A stretch of 64,000 nucleotides of DNA, from assembly GCA_963514005.1 (NCBI GenBank), contig OY740806.1, forward strand, positions 34,472,001-34,536,000. The letters are read 5' to 3'. How positions within the stretch are numbered: the stretch's first letter is position 1; the number at the start of each line of letters is the position of its first letter. The DNA is from Raja brachyura (taxonomy: Eukaryota). Shown here one piece after another: positions 28,101-39,334 of the stretch. The position numbers and the translations under genes were made by a program. A model generated the notes under the pieces. It was not told where the DNA came from. It searched no databases and saw only the letters and a program-made list of their open reading frames with translations.

Positions 28101-31100
28101 ATGATCAATCTAGTTCAATGCTGAGGGAGTGCTTCACTGTCAGAAATATTGGCTTTTTGATAGGATATTTAGCCTATTTGCACAGTACTTTTAATAGGAG
28201 TTGGGAATATTCTCCCTAAATAAACAAGGAGATGCTGGTATTGGTGACCGGTAGAGGGTTATAGGAAGGGTGACATGGTGTACACCACATGGTTTTCATC
28301 AGCTGTAATTATCTAATGATGCATCAACTCAGCACTGACCATTTATTAAATGTGTGCCCTACAGTCTCTGGCAGCCCTCCACAAGGCCAGCCCTTGTATG
28401 TTGACTTCTTGAGGGAGTTATTTATTCTTTGACCCAGCGAAATGCGAAAAACAAGAATTTCCTACTCATTTGGAAAGTCAAATCCAAGACACCCCTTGAT
28501 GTTAAAACGGATTTGCCTAACAAGGTCTATGGCAATTAAATTGGAATCATTGTAAAATCTTAAACCTGGAAGGTTTAAAATAAAGCTTTAAACAGTCTGG
28601 CCTTTCTCAATGCATAATGGGTTGTGCGAGTACTTTGTGTCCCCAGAATTATTCCAAGCAGGACATAATGTAATCAAACTAGCATTCGATAGGGGCCATA
28701 AATTATTAAATACATAAATCTTACGGAAGGAATCATTTTTCAGCCGCCCATCTCAGCAACTTCGATTTCCTCAGCAGAGAAAATCAATGGACCTAATCAA
28801 ACAGCATTAAAAGGATGCTGTTTGTGTCTGTCAGATTGCTGGAATGCAACTATTTGAATTGAAACAAGATAATGAGGAGTGCCCTTCTATACTCAGACGG
28901 CTAGTGTCTGGGGCAATGTCGTAGGGTCGTGTGGAGGGGTCTGGGACGAGGGGAGTTTAATAAGCATTGTCAGAAGAGATATACAGGTCCACTCTGGTGT
29001 AATGAAAGCTTCTGTCCCACAGGAAGCCAGGTTCAGTTCCAGCCACAGAGTCTAGTGGAAGCACTAAAGCATTAAGAGGCTCAGGTGATGTCACACAATT
29101 ATGCATATACTTTTTATGCACTTTTATTGCTGGCTGTTTTAAAAGGAGACAGTTCATCTGGGAAACCTCCCGTTAGAAGATTAGAATATGTGGTATAGAA
29201 TTACATAAAATGTGCAGCATAGAAGCTGGTACTCGGCTTGGCTCGGTCATGTTCATGTTTATGTTCAATACAGACATTCTCCATTTCTCTTCATCAAATT
29301 TTATTATCATAACCTTTTGTTCCTTCCTCTCTCATGCACTCTTCCAGAATCCACTTAAACGTATCAACCAGATTCCAACGACTATGTGTAAGGTTTCCCC
29401 CTTATTATCCATGTTGCAGGCGCCTTATATATTTGTGGCTACTGATTATTGTTTCTCTTCATAAAGATAAACAGTTCTACATTTCTGTTCTATCAAGCCT
29501 AACCATTGTCTATCAGGACAGCCTTTAAGCTTTCAGCTTTTCAAAGAAAAGAACCTTGGCCTATTTCCAGATAAGTTTTACATTTTCAGATTTCAGCATC
29601 AATCTTTTGATTATTTGACAAGGTCTCACCTCCTAGTAGCGATAAAGTTGCACAAAATTAATAGCTGAATTGAAAACTGACTTGGCAATGAATAGCCAGT
29701 TCAATGGGCCGGGCTCTTATCTGGGGAATTGTCAATGAGTATAGTTTTGTCCCTTTGCGATTTAGCACTCTATTGTTTATCCTGCTGTTGCGACACAAAT
29801 GAAAACAGCTATTTGGGGGTATATTATCAAATTTGTGTATGAAATGCAACCAAAGCAGGCTGATAGTAGCATCGTAATTATGTTACTGGAATAGTAATCA
29901 TGTTACTGGATTAATAATCCATCTGGAGTAATGAGCAATAGGCAAAAGTTAAAATCCCATCACATCAGCTAGAAATTTAAACCCAGAGTAGATAAACAAT
30001 CCCGTCCCTCTCCTGAGATTCCCACCATCACAGCAGACAGTTGCCGGACAATTTGATTCCCTCCACTTTATGTTAAGAAAAGGTTGCTTCATTTGAGACC
30101 CAAGCGAATATTAACATTTTGGATTGTTACATGGAATGTAACCTTCATTAAACATAGGTACCTTGCATTGACCAGGGTCTAACCACCTCTGTTTGATAAT
30201 CTGTGCTTGATTATTCTACTGTTTTCAACATTATATTTATGCCCTATTAAACAGAAATCATCCATATGAATACTGTCCATATGAATCACTTCCTGATTTC
30301 CAATAGCATTCTTTCTTTCTACCGGCATACTTAAGGGTGATGGGGTCAAGGAAAGAGCGTTCACGTCGCGGCCCTGTTTCCACCACCACGTACAAGAAGC
30401 ACAAGAAGCGACAAGACAGACACCATTGTATGCAGATGCCGAGAAGTGTGTTCAGCTCTGGCTGAACAACTTCTAATCTTGTGTGTGGACTCGACAAGAA
30501 GAAGGAGTATGATGAGATGCTCTCCACTTTCCAATAGCTTACGCAACACACAAGGATCTCAGATTAAGGCACAACAAAAAAGTTCCACTTGATAACCAAC
30601 AATCTTAAACATTTGCTGCTTTGCTTTGCTGCAGTGGCTGCCATCTCCCAGGTGGGCAGGAGGATTTGGTCAATTCTTCTCTAGTAGCACCTCTGGAAGT
30701 TGTGACCTCAACCACACATGGATACAAGTGTATTCTAAGCCACTCCCAAATTTATCTTCAAGACAAGACCATCTATATTGCAATCCTTTATTATTGCTGC
30801 CACATTGTATTAAACTCTGCACCTAACAGCAAGGGATGGCATTCAGTATTCAAGAGGCCCACGACTCCATTTTCAAGGGTGTCGTGGAATGTTCCTACCT
30901 GGGATACCCACATACCCAAGAAGAATAAAAGGAAATAAGTTAATTAGATTTGAAAGTGTGCAGAGGAATTAACGCGTTTTGTGAAGAGCGGCAAACTGAA
31001 TTTAATGTGGAAAATTGCCAGCTAATGATAAATAAGGCAAAAAAAGAAGTTGGTATAATGTGTGCATCAAGGGGAACACTCAAATTCCTCTCCCTGGAAA

Positions 31101-31792
31101 GCGATTCTATTGAAACCCTAACTATTTCTTTGTTGTGCTGAGATGCACCGCTGCTGGCCAACAAACCAATCAGCAATTTCCATCGGCAAGATTATCTAAC
31201 ATAAATCGTGAACATGCTGGTTGATTTACTTTCCCACACTATCTCCTATATAAATTGCACCTCTCCTTCATTCTGCATTGTAAAAAAACTTGCTGAACTG
31301 CTCATTAAAATCAAATCAATCTTTCTGAGCTGACATCAACAGCATAGCAACCTAATAATTATTAATGCAATGCCATTTAAACTCTATGGCTCAGAAATTG
31401 AATAATAAATGGAACTCTTGATTTTCATTTCCAACAATAGTCATTTCTGCTTCAATATTTTTAAGAAAGTTTTGTTCATATTTTTTTCTTTCTCTCCCTT
31501 ATCTCTATTTTATAATTTAATCTTTCTTTCCATTTCTTTATTTCACCATTCTGAAACTTATTTGACTCTAATTTGCCATATTTCTTTCACTATCATCTCT
31601 GTATTTGTTAGTTGTTTAAAAGAATAGACTATTGAACCCATCATTTGCAAAAAGCCACTGCCTAATGAAAGCAGACTTTGAGAAAGTCTAACTTTGGGAA
31701 AGATACAAAGGCACAGGATCTCATGCATGGCCTGAGATCCCCAGCCTAACCAAAGATGGGAAACAAAGAGGATTTGGATAGTGTCCTTGGCA

Positions 31793-32050
31793 GGTTTAGT
31801 TTAGTGTAGATGCAGCGCGGAAACAGGCCATTCGGCCCACTGAGACCACGCCAACCAGCAATCCCCATACACTACATTATCCTACACACACTAGGGACAA
31901 TTTACTTTTTTACCAAGCCAATTAACCTACAAACCTGTATGTCTTTGGAGTGTGGGAGGAAACCGGAGCAGCTGGAGAAAACCCACACGGTCACAAGGAG
32001 AACATACTAACTTCATACAGACAACACCGGTAGTCAGCATCCAACCCAGG
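31793..32050 (-). mobile_element. HE1-like SINE
   Basis: (tttag)n tail, ggaaacaggccattcggccc, and core aattaacctacaaacctgtatgtctttggagtgtgggaggaaaccggag. Confidence 0.85.
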
Positions 32051-32724
32051 TTTTTCATTTTAGGAAGGAATCTAGATCTCAGTGAACCCGACAAAGGATT
32101 TCTTATTCTCGCACCTGGAATAAAAGGCTTAATAAAATGAAGGCCTAAAAGGGTTTAGGAATAAAAAGCAACAGACCCTGCAGAGTCTGGAGAACTTGGG
32201 GGTGTTCTCTTCAGTCAGAAAAGTAGAAGGAGATTTGATTAAAGTGGGCAATATTGTAAAGTGCCTTGACAGTGCGAATAAGAAAAGGCTATCGACGAAA
32301 GTACTGCAGCCAACAGACATTTATTTTAAATTCAGTGCTTTAATATCTTGAATGCACTGGCTGAAGAAGTGAAGATAGCAAATTCAATATTGATTTTTTT
32401 AAATGAATTGGATAAAAATTTGAAGGGGAAAATTGAGTCCCTAAAATTTGTCTCTAAAATGAATCAAATAAAACAACTATAAAATCTGCCAGATTCTCAC
32501 AAATATTCAACCAATTCAAACTGTTCAACACAGATATGCCATGCACAGAACACTGCCATCACTTCTTGTTCTAGTCTGTAAGTGATCAAAGTCCTACATG
32601 TTGTGAATGAATCTCAGCGCACTTCAGTTCAACTAAATGGTTAACTAACGAGCCTGGTTTACATTTGACTCGGCTCATATTCTCTTGAGCTTCAAAGGTA
32701 AAGGAGTGTGCTGGCAGTGTATAG

Positions 32725-32825
32725 ACCTGAGTCTCAAGAAGGATCTCAACCTGAAACGTCACCCATTCCTTCTCTCCAGAGATGCTGACTATCCCGCTGA
32801 GTCATTCCAGCATTTTGTGACTATC
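32725..32825 (+). repeat. Penelope terminal repeat (solo)
   Basis: ctcaagaaggatctcaacctgaaacgtcacccattcc...ccagcattttgtg. The segment aaaggtaaaggagtg occurs on both sides (about 32694 and 32827). Confidence 0.75.
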
Positions 32826-33029
32826 TAAAGGTAAAGGAGTGATCCAATTAACATGATTAGCAGATTTGATAGAGGTCAGGGGCATAGTGACTCAAATGTG
32901 TTGAGAATTGGGCAGAAAAGAGGAGTTGACACCAAGATTTAACAGCAATGATATTATTGAATGGTGGAGCTGGCTCGAGGAGCCTTGTAGCCTTGCGGAT
33001 TTCTTTGATTCAGATGTTCTTATGATGTA

Positions 33030-34640
33030 ACAGATCTTAAAGAACTACTTCCTCTGCTCAGAAGCTGATATGCAGGAAATGCTGGAGAGCTTGGACAAAC
33101 TTGCCTGTAGCAACTTCGGAATCATGATTAGCACCAAGGAAACAGAAGTTGTGCACGACCTGCATCAAACAGCCCACATAGAGAATTAAACATCCTTGTG
33201 AGTGGTCTGAAGCTCTCAGAAGTGGAGGGATCTGTGAACATTGCTGACAAAGTCATCGACAAGATGGCACAAGCCAGCTCTGCTTTTGGAAGACTGAGAC
33301 GTAAAGTGCGGGAATGGAGGGGAATCTGCCAACATGCAGGTACAGCAGGCAGTGAAGAAAGCCAATGGCATGTTGGCCTTTATAACAAGAGGAATCGAAT
33401 ATCGGAGCAAGTAGGTCCTTCTGCAGTTGTGCAGAGCCCTAGTGAGACCACACTTGGAGTATTGTGTGCAGTTTTGGTCCCCTAATTTGAGGAAGAACAT
33501 TCTTACTATTGAGGGAGTGCAGCATAGGTTTACAAGGTTAATTCCCGGGGTGGCGGGATTGCCGTATGCTGAGAGAATGGAGCGGCTGGGCTTGTACACT
33601 CTGGAGTTTAGAAGGATGAGAGAAGATCTCATTGAAACATATAAGATTGTTAAGGGCTTGGACACGCGAGAGGCAGGAAACATGTTCCCGATGTTGGGGG
33701 AGTCCAAAACCAGGTGCCACAGTTTAAGAATAAGGAGTAAGCCATTTAGAACGGAGATGAGGAAACACTTTTTCTCACAGAGAGTAGTGAGTCTGTGGAA
33801 TTCTCTGCCTCAGAGGGCGGTGGAAGCAGGTTCTCTGGATGCTTTCAAGAGAGAGCTAGATAGGGCTCTTAAAAATAGCAGAGTCAGGGGATATGGGGAG
33901 AAGGGAGGAACGGGGTACTGATTGGGGATGATCAGCCATGATCACATTGAATGACGGTGCTGGCTCGAAGGGCCAAATGGCCTACTCCTGCACCTATTGT
34001 CTATTGTCTAACAAACCAAGCTAAATGTGTATCATGTTGTTGTCAAGCACACCTTACTTTATGCTTGTGAGATGTGCACAGTGTAAGTCAGGCCTGCTAG
34101 ATAAACTAACCACTTCCACATGACCTGTCTGCACAGAATACTTCACAGCAAGTGGCAAGACAAGATTCCAGACACATAGACTCTGTCCCAGACAATCCTC
34201 CCCAGCATCTACACATTGCTGAAAGAATCGTGGATCAGATGGCAAGGACATGTCAGAATAACATCAGATGACAGAATACCAAAGCAGCTACTTTATGGAG
34301 AGCTGACTGAGGAAAAGCGATCGTGCGCGGACATAAAAAGTCTCACTTCTAACATCCCTGAAGAGTTTCAACACTGACACACTCCACTAGGAACAACAAA
34401 CACTGGATTGTCCTGAATGGCATAACTGCGCAAAGTGGTGCCTGCTCACATGAGGAAGCTAGAATGGAGGAAGCAAAGAGAATAAGCAAATCTTGAAAAT
34501 CATAAACCATTGATGCAGCAGCAACCCCACATCCCTTTCACCTATCTGTAGAAGGATCTATCGAGCTCAGATTGGTTTAATCATCCACCTCTGTACACAT
34601 CGCAACACTATAAACTTGACACCGAGTGATGAACGACAAT
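33030..34640 (+). mobile_element. Decayed RTE-clade LINE, split by a CR1 insertion
   Basis: FGIMISTKET..., DKMAQASSAFGRLRRKVREWRGICQ, continuing after the insert as QTKLNVYHVVV. Later segments read GHVR...DDRIPKQLLYGELTE. Confidence 0.8.
33335..34009 (+). mobile_element. Young CR1 LINE 3' 675 bp (ORF2 C-terminus nearly intact)
   Basis: ORF 33427..33921 ALVRPHLEYCVQFWSP...VVSLWNSLPQRAVEA..FKRELD, with a (ctattgt)n tail. Confidence 0.93.
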
Positions 34641-35379
34641 ACTATCTCTGGCACAACGTGGTCTCCCTGAAATTTCATCTGGGGTAATCAAGAAGCACTT
34701 TTTTTCACAGGAAAGATAATGCAAATCTGATCCCCCCCCCCCCCCCGAAAAAAAACCCTGTTGCGGCTGCAATTAGGTGAGTGGTTCATTAAACATTTCA
34801 AAACTGATAATAGATTATTTTGTAAAAGATATGAAGAGGGATTGTCTCAGTGAACGGCAAAACAGGTTTGAGAGGCTGGATAGCCTTCTCTTGTTCTTGA
34901 ACACCAGATAAATACTGCCTTGTTAGTGATAGCCACATCTGAAAAGCCTGCCAAATGGAAACACGTAGACACTACAGATATAACAAAGCTCCATATATTT
35001 TAAAGATTGGTCGTAAAATTGAAGGGCATGAGATCTTAAACAAGACCAGAGAGTAAAAGTGCTCTAAATCCACACTAGAGTCAATTTGTAAAATGGGATT
35101 TGCTCCAGAACAATCACATTGTCTCTGGGATACTATGGCCCCCATATTGGCTCTGAAGGCAACAGTACCAATGTGGAACACATTAGTTTGAAGCTGTATA
35201 ATGTTAGATTGATATCTTGTGCATGAATGTCTTTGAGGTCTAGAGGAAATGTCACAGAGTTCTTGGTAGATTTCCCTGCGGTATTGAGATCCTTGCAAGA
35301 AATTAAAACCTTTCTACATGGTTAAATATGATTACTATTTATTTTCATAACCTCTAAGATGTACCAAGCCATTTTCTAA

Positions 35380-35720
35380 CTGATGCAGTACATTTGATGT
35401 GTAGACATGATTATGTGGGAAATGTAATGGTGAATTCATGTAAAGCAAGGGCCCACACACCACTGTGATAATAATAATTATTTTTTACTGGTAAAATTTG
35501 TTGAGCATCAAACAATAGTTGGAGCATTCAGAGCTTCTCGACTTTTCTTCAGAAGTGCCACCCACCTGAGGAAGAAGGAAGGGCCTTATTTGTCATTAGC
35601 ACCGATAAAAATCCAGGACCTTCTCAATGGGACGAAGTGTCACTCTAAATGTTATGGTCAGTTTTATGTATGTGTCAATTGAAACCATAACCTTTTGAAG
35701 GAGACCTCAACCGACTGAGT
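35380..35720 (-). mobile_element. Deu-domain SINE remnant
   Basis: aaagcaagggcccacac...cacccacctgag...gggccttattt; degenerate reverse complement of the 61340-61690 copy. Confidence 0.45.
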
Positions 35721-36719
35721 TTCTGTTTGTCTAGGCACATCAAATTGGGTGGAAATAAGTTAGATAGAGCCAAATAAAATCAGTGCTTAAAGAGTTAAAG
35801 CCGAGAACCTTTGTATCACTTTCCAAAATGTAATTCTCATCCATGCAAGAAATTAGAAAAAGCAAGGCAGATATATAGAATGCATTTGTCAAAGAATGAG
35901 TGATTGGTACCAGCGCATACCTAGACATCATTGATAATATATGGTGGCCTTTTCTGATGTTCTGTACAGTTGTAAAACTGAAATATAGGAAGATTAACAT
36001 TGCTTAACTTCAAAAGTGGTATTTTGTGAGCACTTACATTTGAGCAGATTTGGTGCAGTCCCAGCCTTATCTGTCACAAGTAATTTTCCACAAATGTACA
36101 CAGGATAAAAGTACAAATTCCGGAATAGTTCCAAGGAATCTTACACAATCCTCATAATTTTCCCTCTCTAGCCCCTTCTAGCTAATGCTATTAAATATTT
36201 ATCATCGCTTATTAAAGGGATTTATAATTGGCCAGTCTCCCTAAACAAGCTTTACAGAACCGTTCTTGTCTATCAGGAGACAGACAATGACAACTTTAAT
36301 TGGTTTAGAATCTGTTCCAGGGAGTTGCACCCTTAGTGGCCATGACCTCTGAGTCCTTCAGACATTCAGATTCCCTGCAGTGTGTCGTTCTCTGAATAGA
36401 CAACACCCTGCAGAAGGAAGATTGCAAATGCTCATAATAAATCATGATGAATATTTAAATCCTTGGCTAGCTGCTCCCGACTCTGGAATTATTCTGAATT
36501 TCTCTCACACACACAACACAGCACATGTTCACAAATTTACCTGAAGCATTGATTTCAAGCACTGGAACTGCTAGCTGAGCAAATGCAATTTATAATTTCT
36601 GCCAATTGGGTTGATACATTAACTTCATTTTCCTTTCATCATGCACGTTTACTTGTGATTTAACATGTTGAATCCTTTGTCATTTCAACTCTTAAGATAC
36701 TTCTTTCGCATCCACCCCC

Positions 36720-36918
36720 TACCCATTCAGGGCAATTTACAAAGGCCAGTTAACCTACAAACCTGCATGTCTTTGGAATGTGGGAGGAAGCCAGAGCACC
36801 TGGAGGAAATCCACATAGTCACAGGGAGAACTTGCAAACTCCAAACAGACAGCACTCCAGATCGATGGAACCCAGGACTCTGGCACTGTGGGGTAGCATG
36901 TCTATCTGCTGCACCACT
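36720..36918 (-). mobile_element. HE1-like SINE
   Basis: agggcaatttacaaaggccagttaacctacaaacctgcatgtctttggaatgtgggaggaagcc...gctgcaccac. Confidence 0.8.
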
Positions 36919-37988
36919 CTCACCTCACTCCATGTTGAGGGATCTTTCCCCTCTCTAACTGAATCAGACAGCATGAACAGTTTCATGAACAGTCACAAAT
37001 GTTGTCAGCCCCAAGCAGAGCCCACATGGAGCAAAGTGAATCTATGTGTGGTAGTGTTATGATCTCTTGTAAACTTTGGTAATAGAGTCTGAAAAGTATA
37101 AGGGGAATAGAGTACTGACAAGAGATGAGACTAGGTGTTTTATCATTGATAAGGTGAAAGTTATAAATATCAATTTTTTGATGGGGTATCTTCCTTCAAA
37201 TTAATCCGAACTTGTACACTGGCAGTTGCTGCCCAACTAGATATAGAAAAGCTTCAGTAACAAAAGTGAAAATCTTAACATGAGATATCATTGACCTGAA
37301 ATATTAATTCTGTGCCTTTCTCACAGATGGTCCAAAACGTTGAGTATCTCCAGCATTTTCTGTTTTATTTCAGATTTACTGAATCTGGACTATACCATTG
37401 GATTGTAGTAGTAAAGTTCAAAATAATCCAAATTTCTGCCACAACATTTTAAGTAGAAACAATGAACCGCAAATGCTGGTTTACAAAAAAAGACAACAAG
37501 TACTGGAGTAATTGGGTGGGTCAACTGGAGAACATGGATAGGTGGCATCCTGACCTGTGACATCAAATATTCATGCTCTCCAAAGGTGCTGCCTGACCCA
37601 ATGAGTTATTACAATACTTTGTGTCTTTTTTGGCATAATGTTAACCGTTACAATTAAGTCATGTCAGGTTTATTCGTCACATACACATGCAAGATGTGCA
37701 GTGAAATGAAAAGTGACAATGCTTGCGAGTTGTGCAAAAAAAAAACTGCAAAACAGAATGGAACAGAATCACATATTCACATATTACATATTTGTGGGAG
37801 GAAAAAAAAATGAACAGGCTAATAATATAAATGGTATGCGGTTATGCTGCCAATACATAAAAGCCTTTGGTGTGTGTGCGACTGTGGGCTCTGGAACTTA
37901 GGAAGGATATGTTAGGAAGGAGTAGCTTGCAGATTTATCAGTTTATTACCGGAACTCCAAATGTTCCAGTAATAAACTAGAACGTAGA

Positions 37989-38085
37989 TTCTGAAGAAAG
38001 GTTCCAACCTGAAACGTCACCCATCCTTTTCTCCAGCGATGTTGCCTGACCCACTGAGTTACATCAGCACTTTATGTCTATTTTG
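37989..38085 (+). repeat. Penelope terminal repeat (solo)
   Basis: ctgaagaaaggttccaacctgaaacgtcacccatcc...tgacccactgagttac. Confidence 0.75.
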
Positions 38086-38579
38086 CAGAGTCTGCCATGG
38101 TCATAATGTTTCCAGCATTGTCATGGGTGTCAACACCCATATGTGCAGGGTCTCATCCATGGTTCAATAGATTATTTTCCTGCCTTTGGATCAGCGAATT
38201 GAGTTGGGAATCCGCCAGCCCCTAATGTTGGGAGTCCATACACTGACCAGGTGATTAAATAGGGTCTCCGCGTGCTGACCAGTCATGTAACAGACATTGG
38301 AATCTGTTTTTGTACATCTTGGGCAGGAAATACTGGTTTCTGGTGTGGTGAAAGTGTTTGGGCACTTAGTGTTATAGTTGTCATGCATGCTCAAATGTTT
38401 TTAGTTTGTGAGATTATTTTTCTTTGAGACGTTATTAAATGTATTTATTTAATCTAGTCAATGAATGGAAAATAGATTCAGCTCTATAGCAAGTTGACTG
38501 AACCATCATGACACTTCACTATGTTCCCAGTGCAACACTAGGGGTGGTATTCCAGTATTGAATGGTATTACAAGGCTCA

Positions 38580-39330
38580 GCCCAGCCACTCCCACTCATC
38601 CCCTCTCCCATCAGGCAAAAGGTACGGAAGTGTAAAAAAGCACACCTTCACATTCATTGTTTCAGAAAGAACTGCAGATGCTGGAACAATGGAAGGTAGA
38701 CCCTAATGCTGGAGAAACTCAGCGGGTGAGGCAGCATCTATGGAGCGAAGGAATGGGTGACGTTTCGGGTCGAGACCCTTCTTCAGACTGATGAGGGGAT
38801 GGGGGGGGGGGGTGGAGAAGAAAGGAAGAGGTGGAGACAGTGGGCTGTGGGATAGCTGGGAAGGGGAGGGGAAAGAGGGAGAAAGCAAGGACTACCTGAA
38901 ATTGGAGAAGTCAATGTTCATACCGCTGGGGTGTAAACTACACAAGCAAAATATGAGGTGCTGCTCCTCCAATTTACGGTGGGCCTCACTCTGGCCATGG
39001 AGGAGGCCCAGGACTGAAAGGTCGGATTCGGAATGGGAGGGGAGTTGAAGTGCTGAGCCACCGGGAGATCAGGTTGGTTTTTGCGAACTGAGCGGAGGTG
39101 TTGGGTGAAGCAATCGCCAGCCTACAATGTAGAGCAGCTGACACCTAGAGCAGCGGATGCAATAGATGAGGTTGGAGGAGGTGCAGATTCAGGGACAGTT
39201 TCTTCCCAGCTGTTATCAGGAAACTGAACATTCTGACCACAACTGGAGAGTCCTACACGACAATCTACCTCATTGGAGACCATCGGACTATAGTTGATTG
39301 GTCTTTACTGACTTTACCTTGCAATATTCA
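38580..39330 (+). mobile_element. Rex1/Babar LINE 3' fragment, split by a Penelope insertion
   Basis: SPLPSGKRYGSVKKHT before the insert and RFRDSFFPAVIRKLN after it, matching the Rex1 C-terminal LPSG.R.......R...SFFP..IR.LN pattern. Confidence 0.75.
38657..39183 (-). mobile_element. Penelope-like element, GIY-YIG endonuclease remnant plus terminal repeat
   Basis: Minus strand reads CTSSNLIYCIRCSRCQLLYI..GDCFTQHLRSVRKNQPDLPVAQHFNS...LSVLGLLHGQSEAHRKLEEQHLIFCLCSLHPSGMNIDFSNFR*. Flanked by cacattca (38649-38656) and cagattca (39184-39191). Confidence 0.88.
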
Positions 39331-39334
39331 CACA

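Noticed and set aside
30463-30465. In-frame TGA as selenocysteine
   Set aside because: No SECIS or selenoprotein motif is recognisable; a frameshift or ordinary stop is a simpler explanation.
33427-33921. 164-aa ORF as a host gene
   Set aside because: It is the CR1 ORF2 C-terminus, bounded by a CR1 tail; the antisense 163-aa ORF is its shadow.
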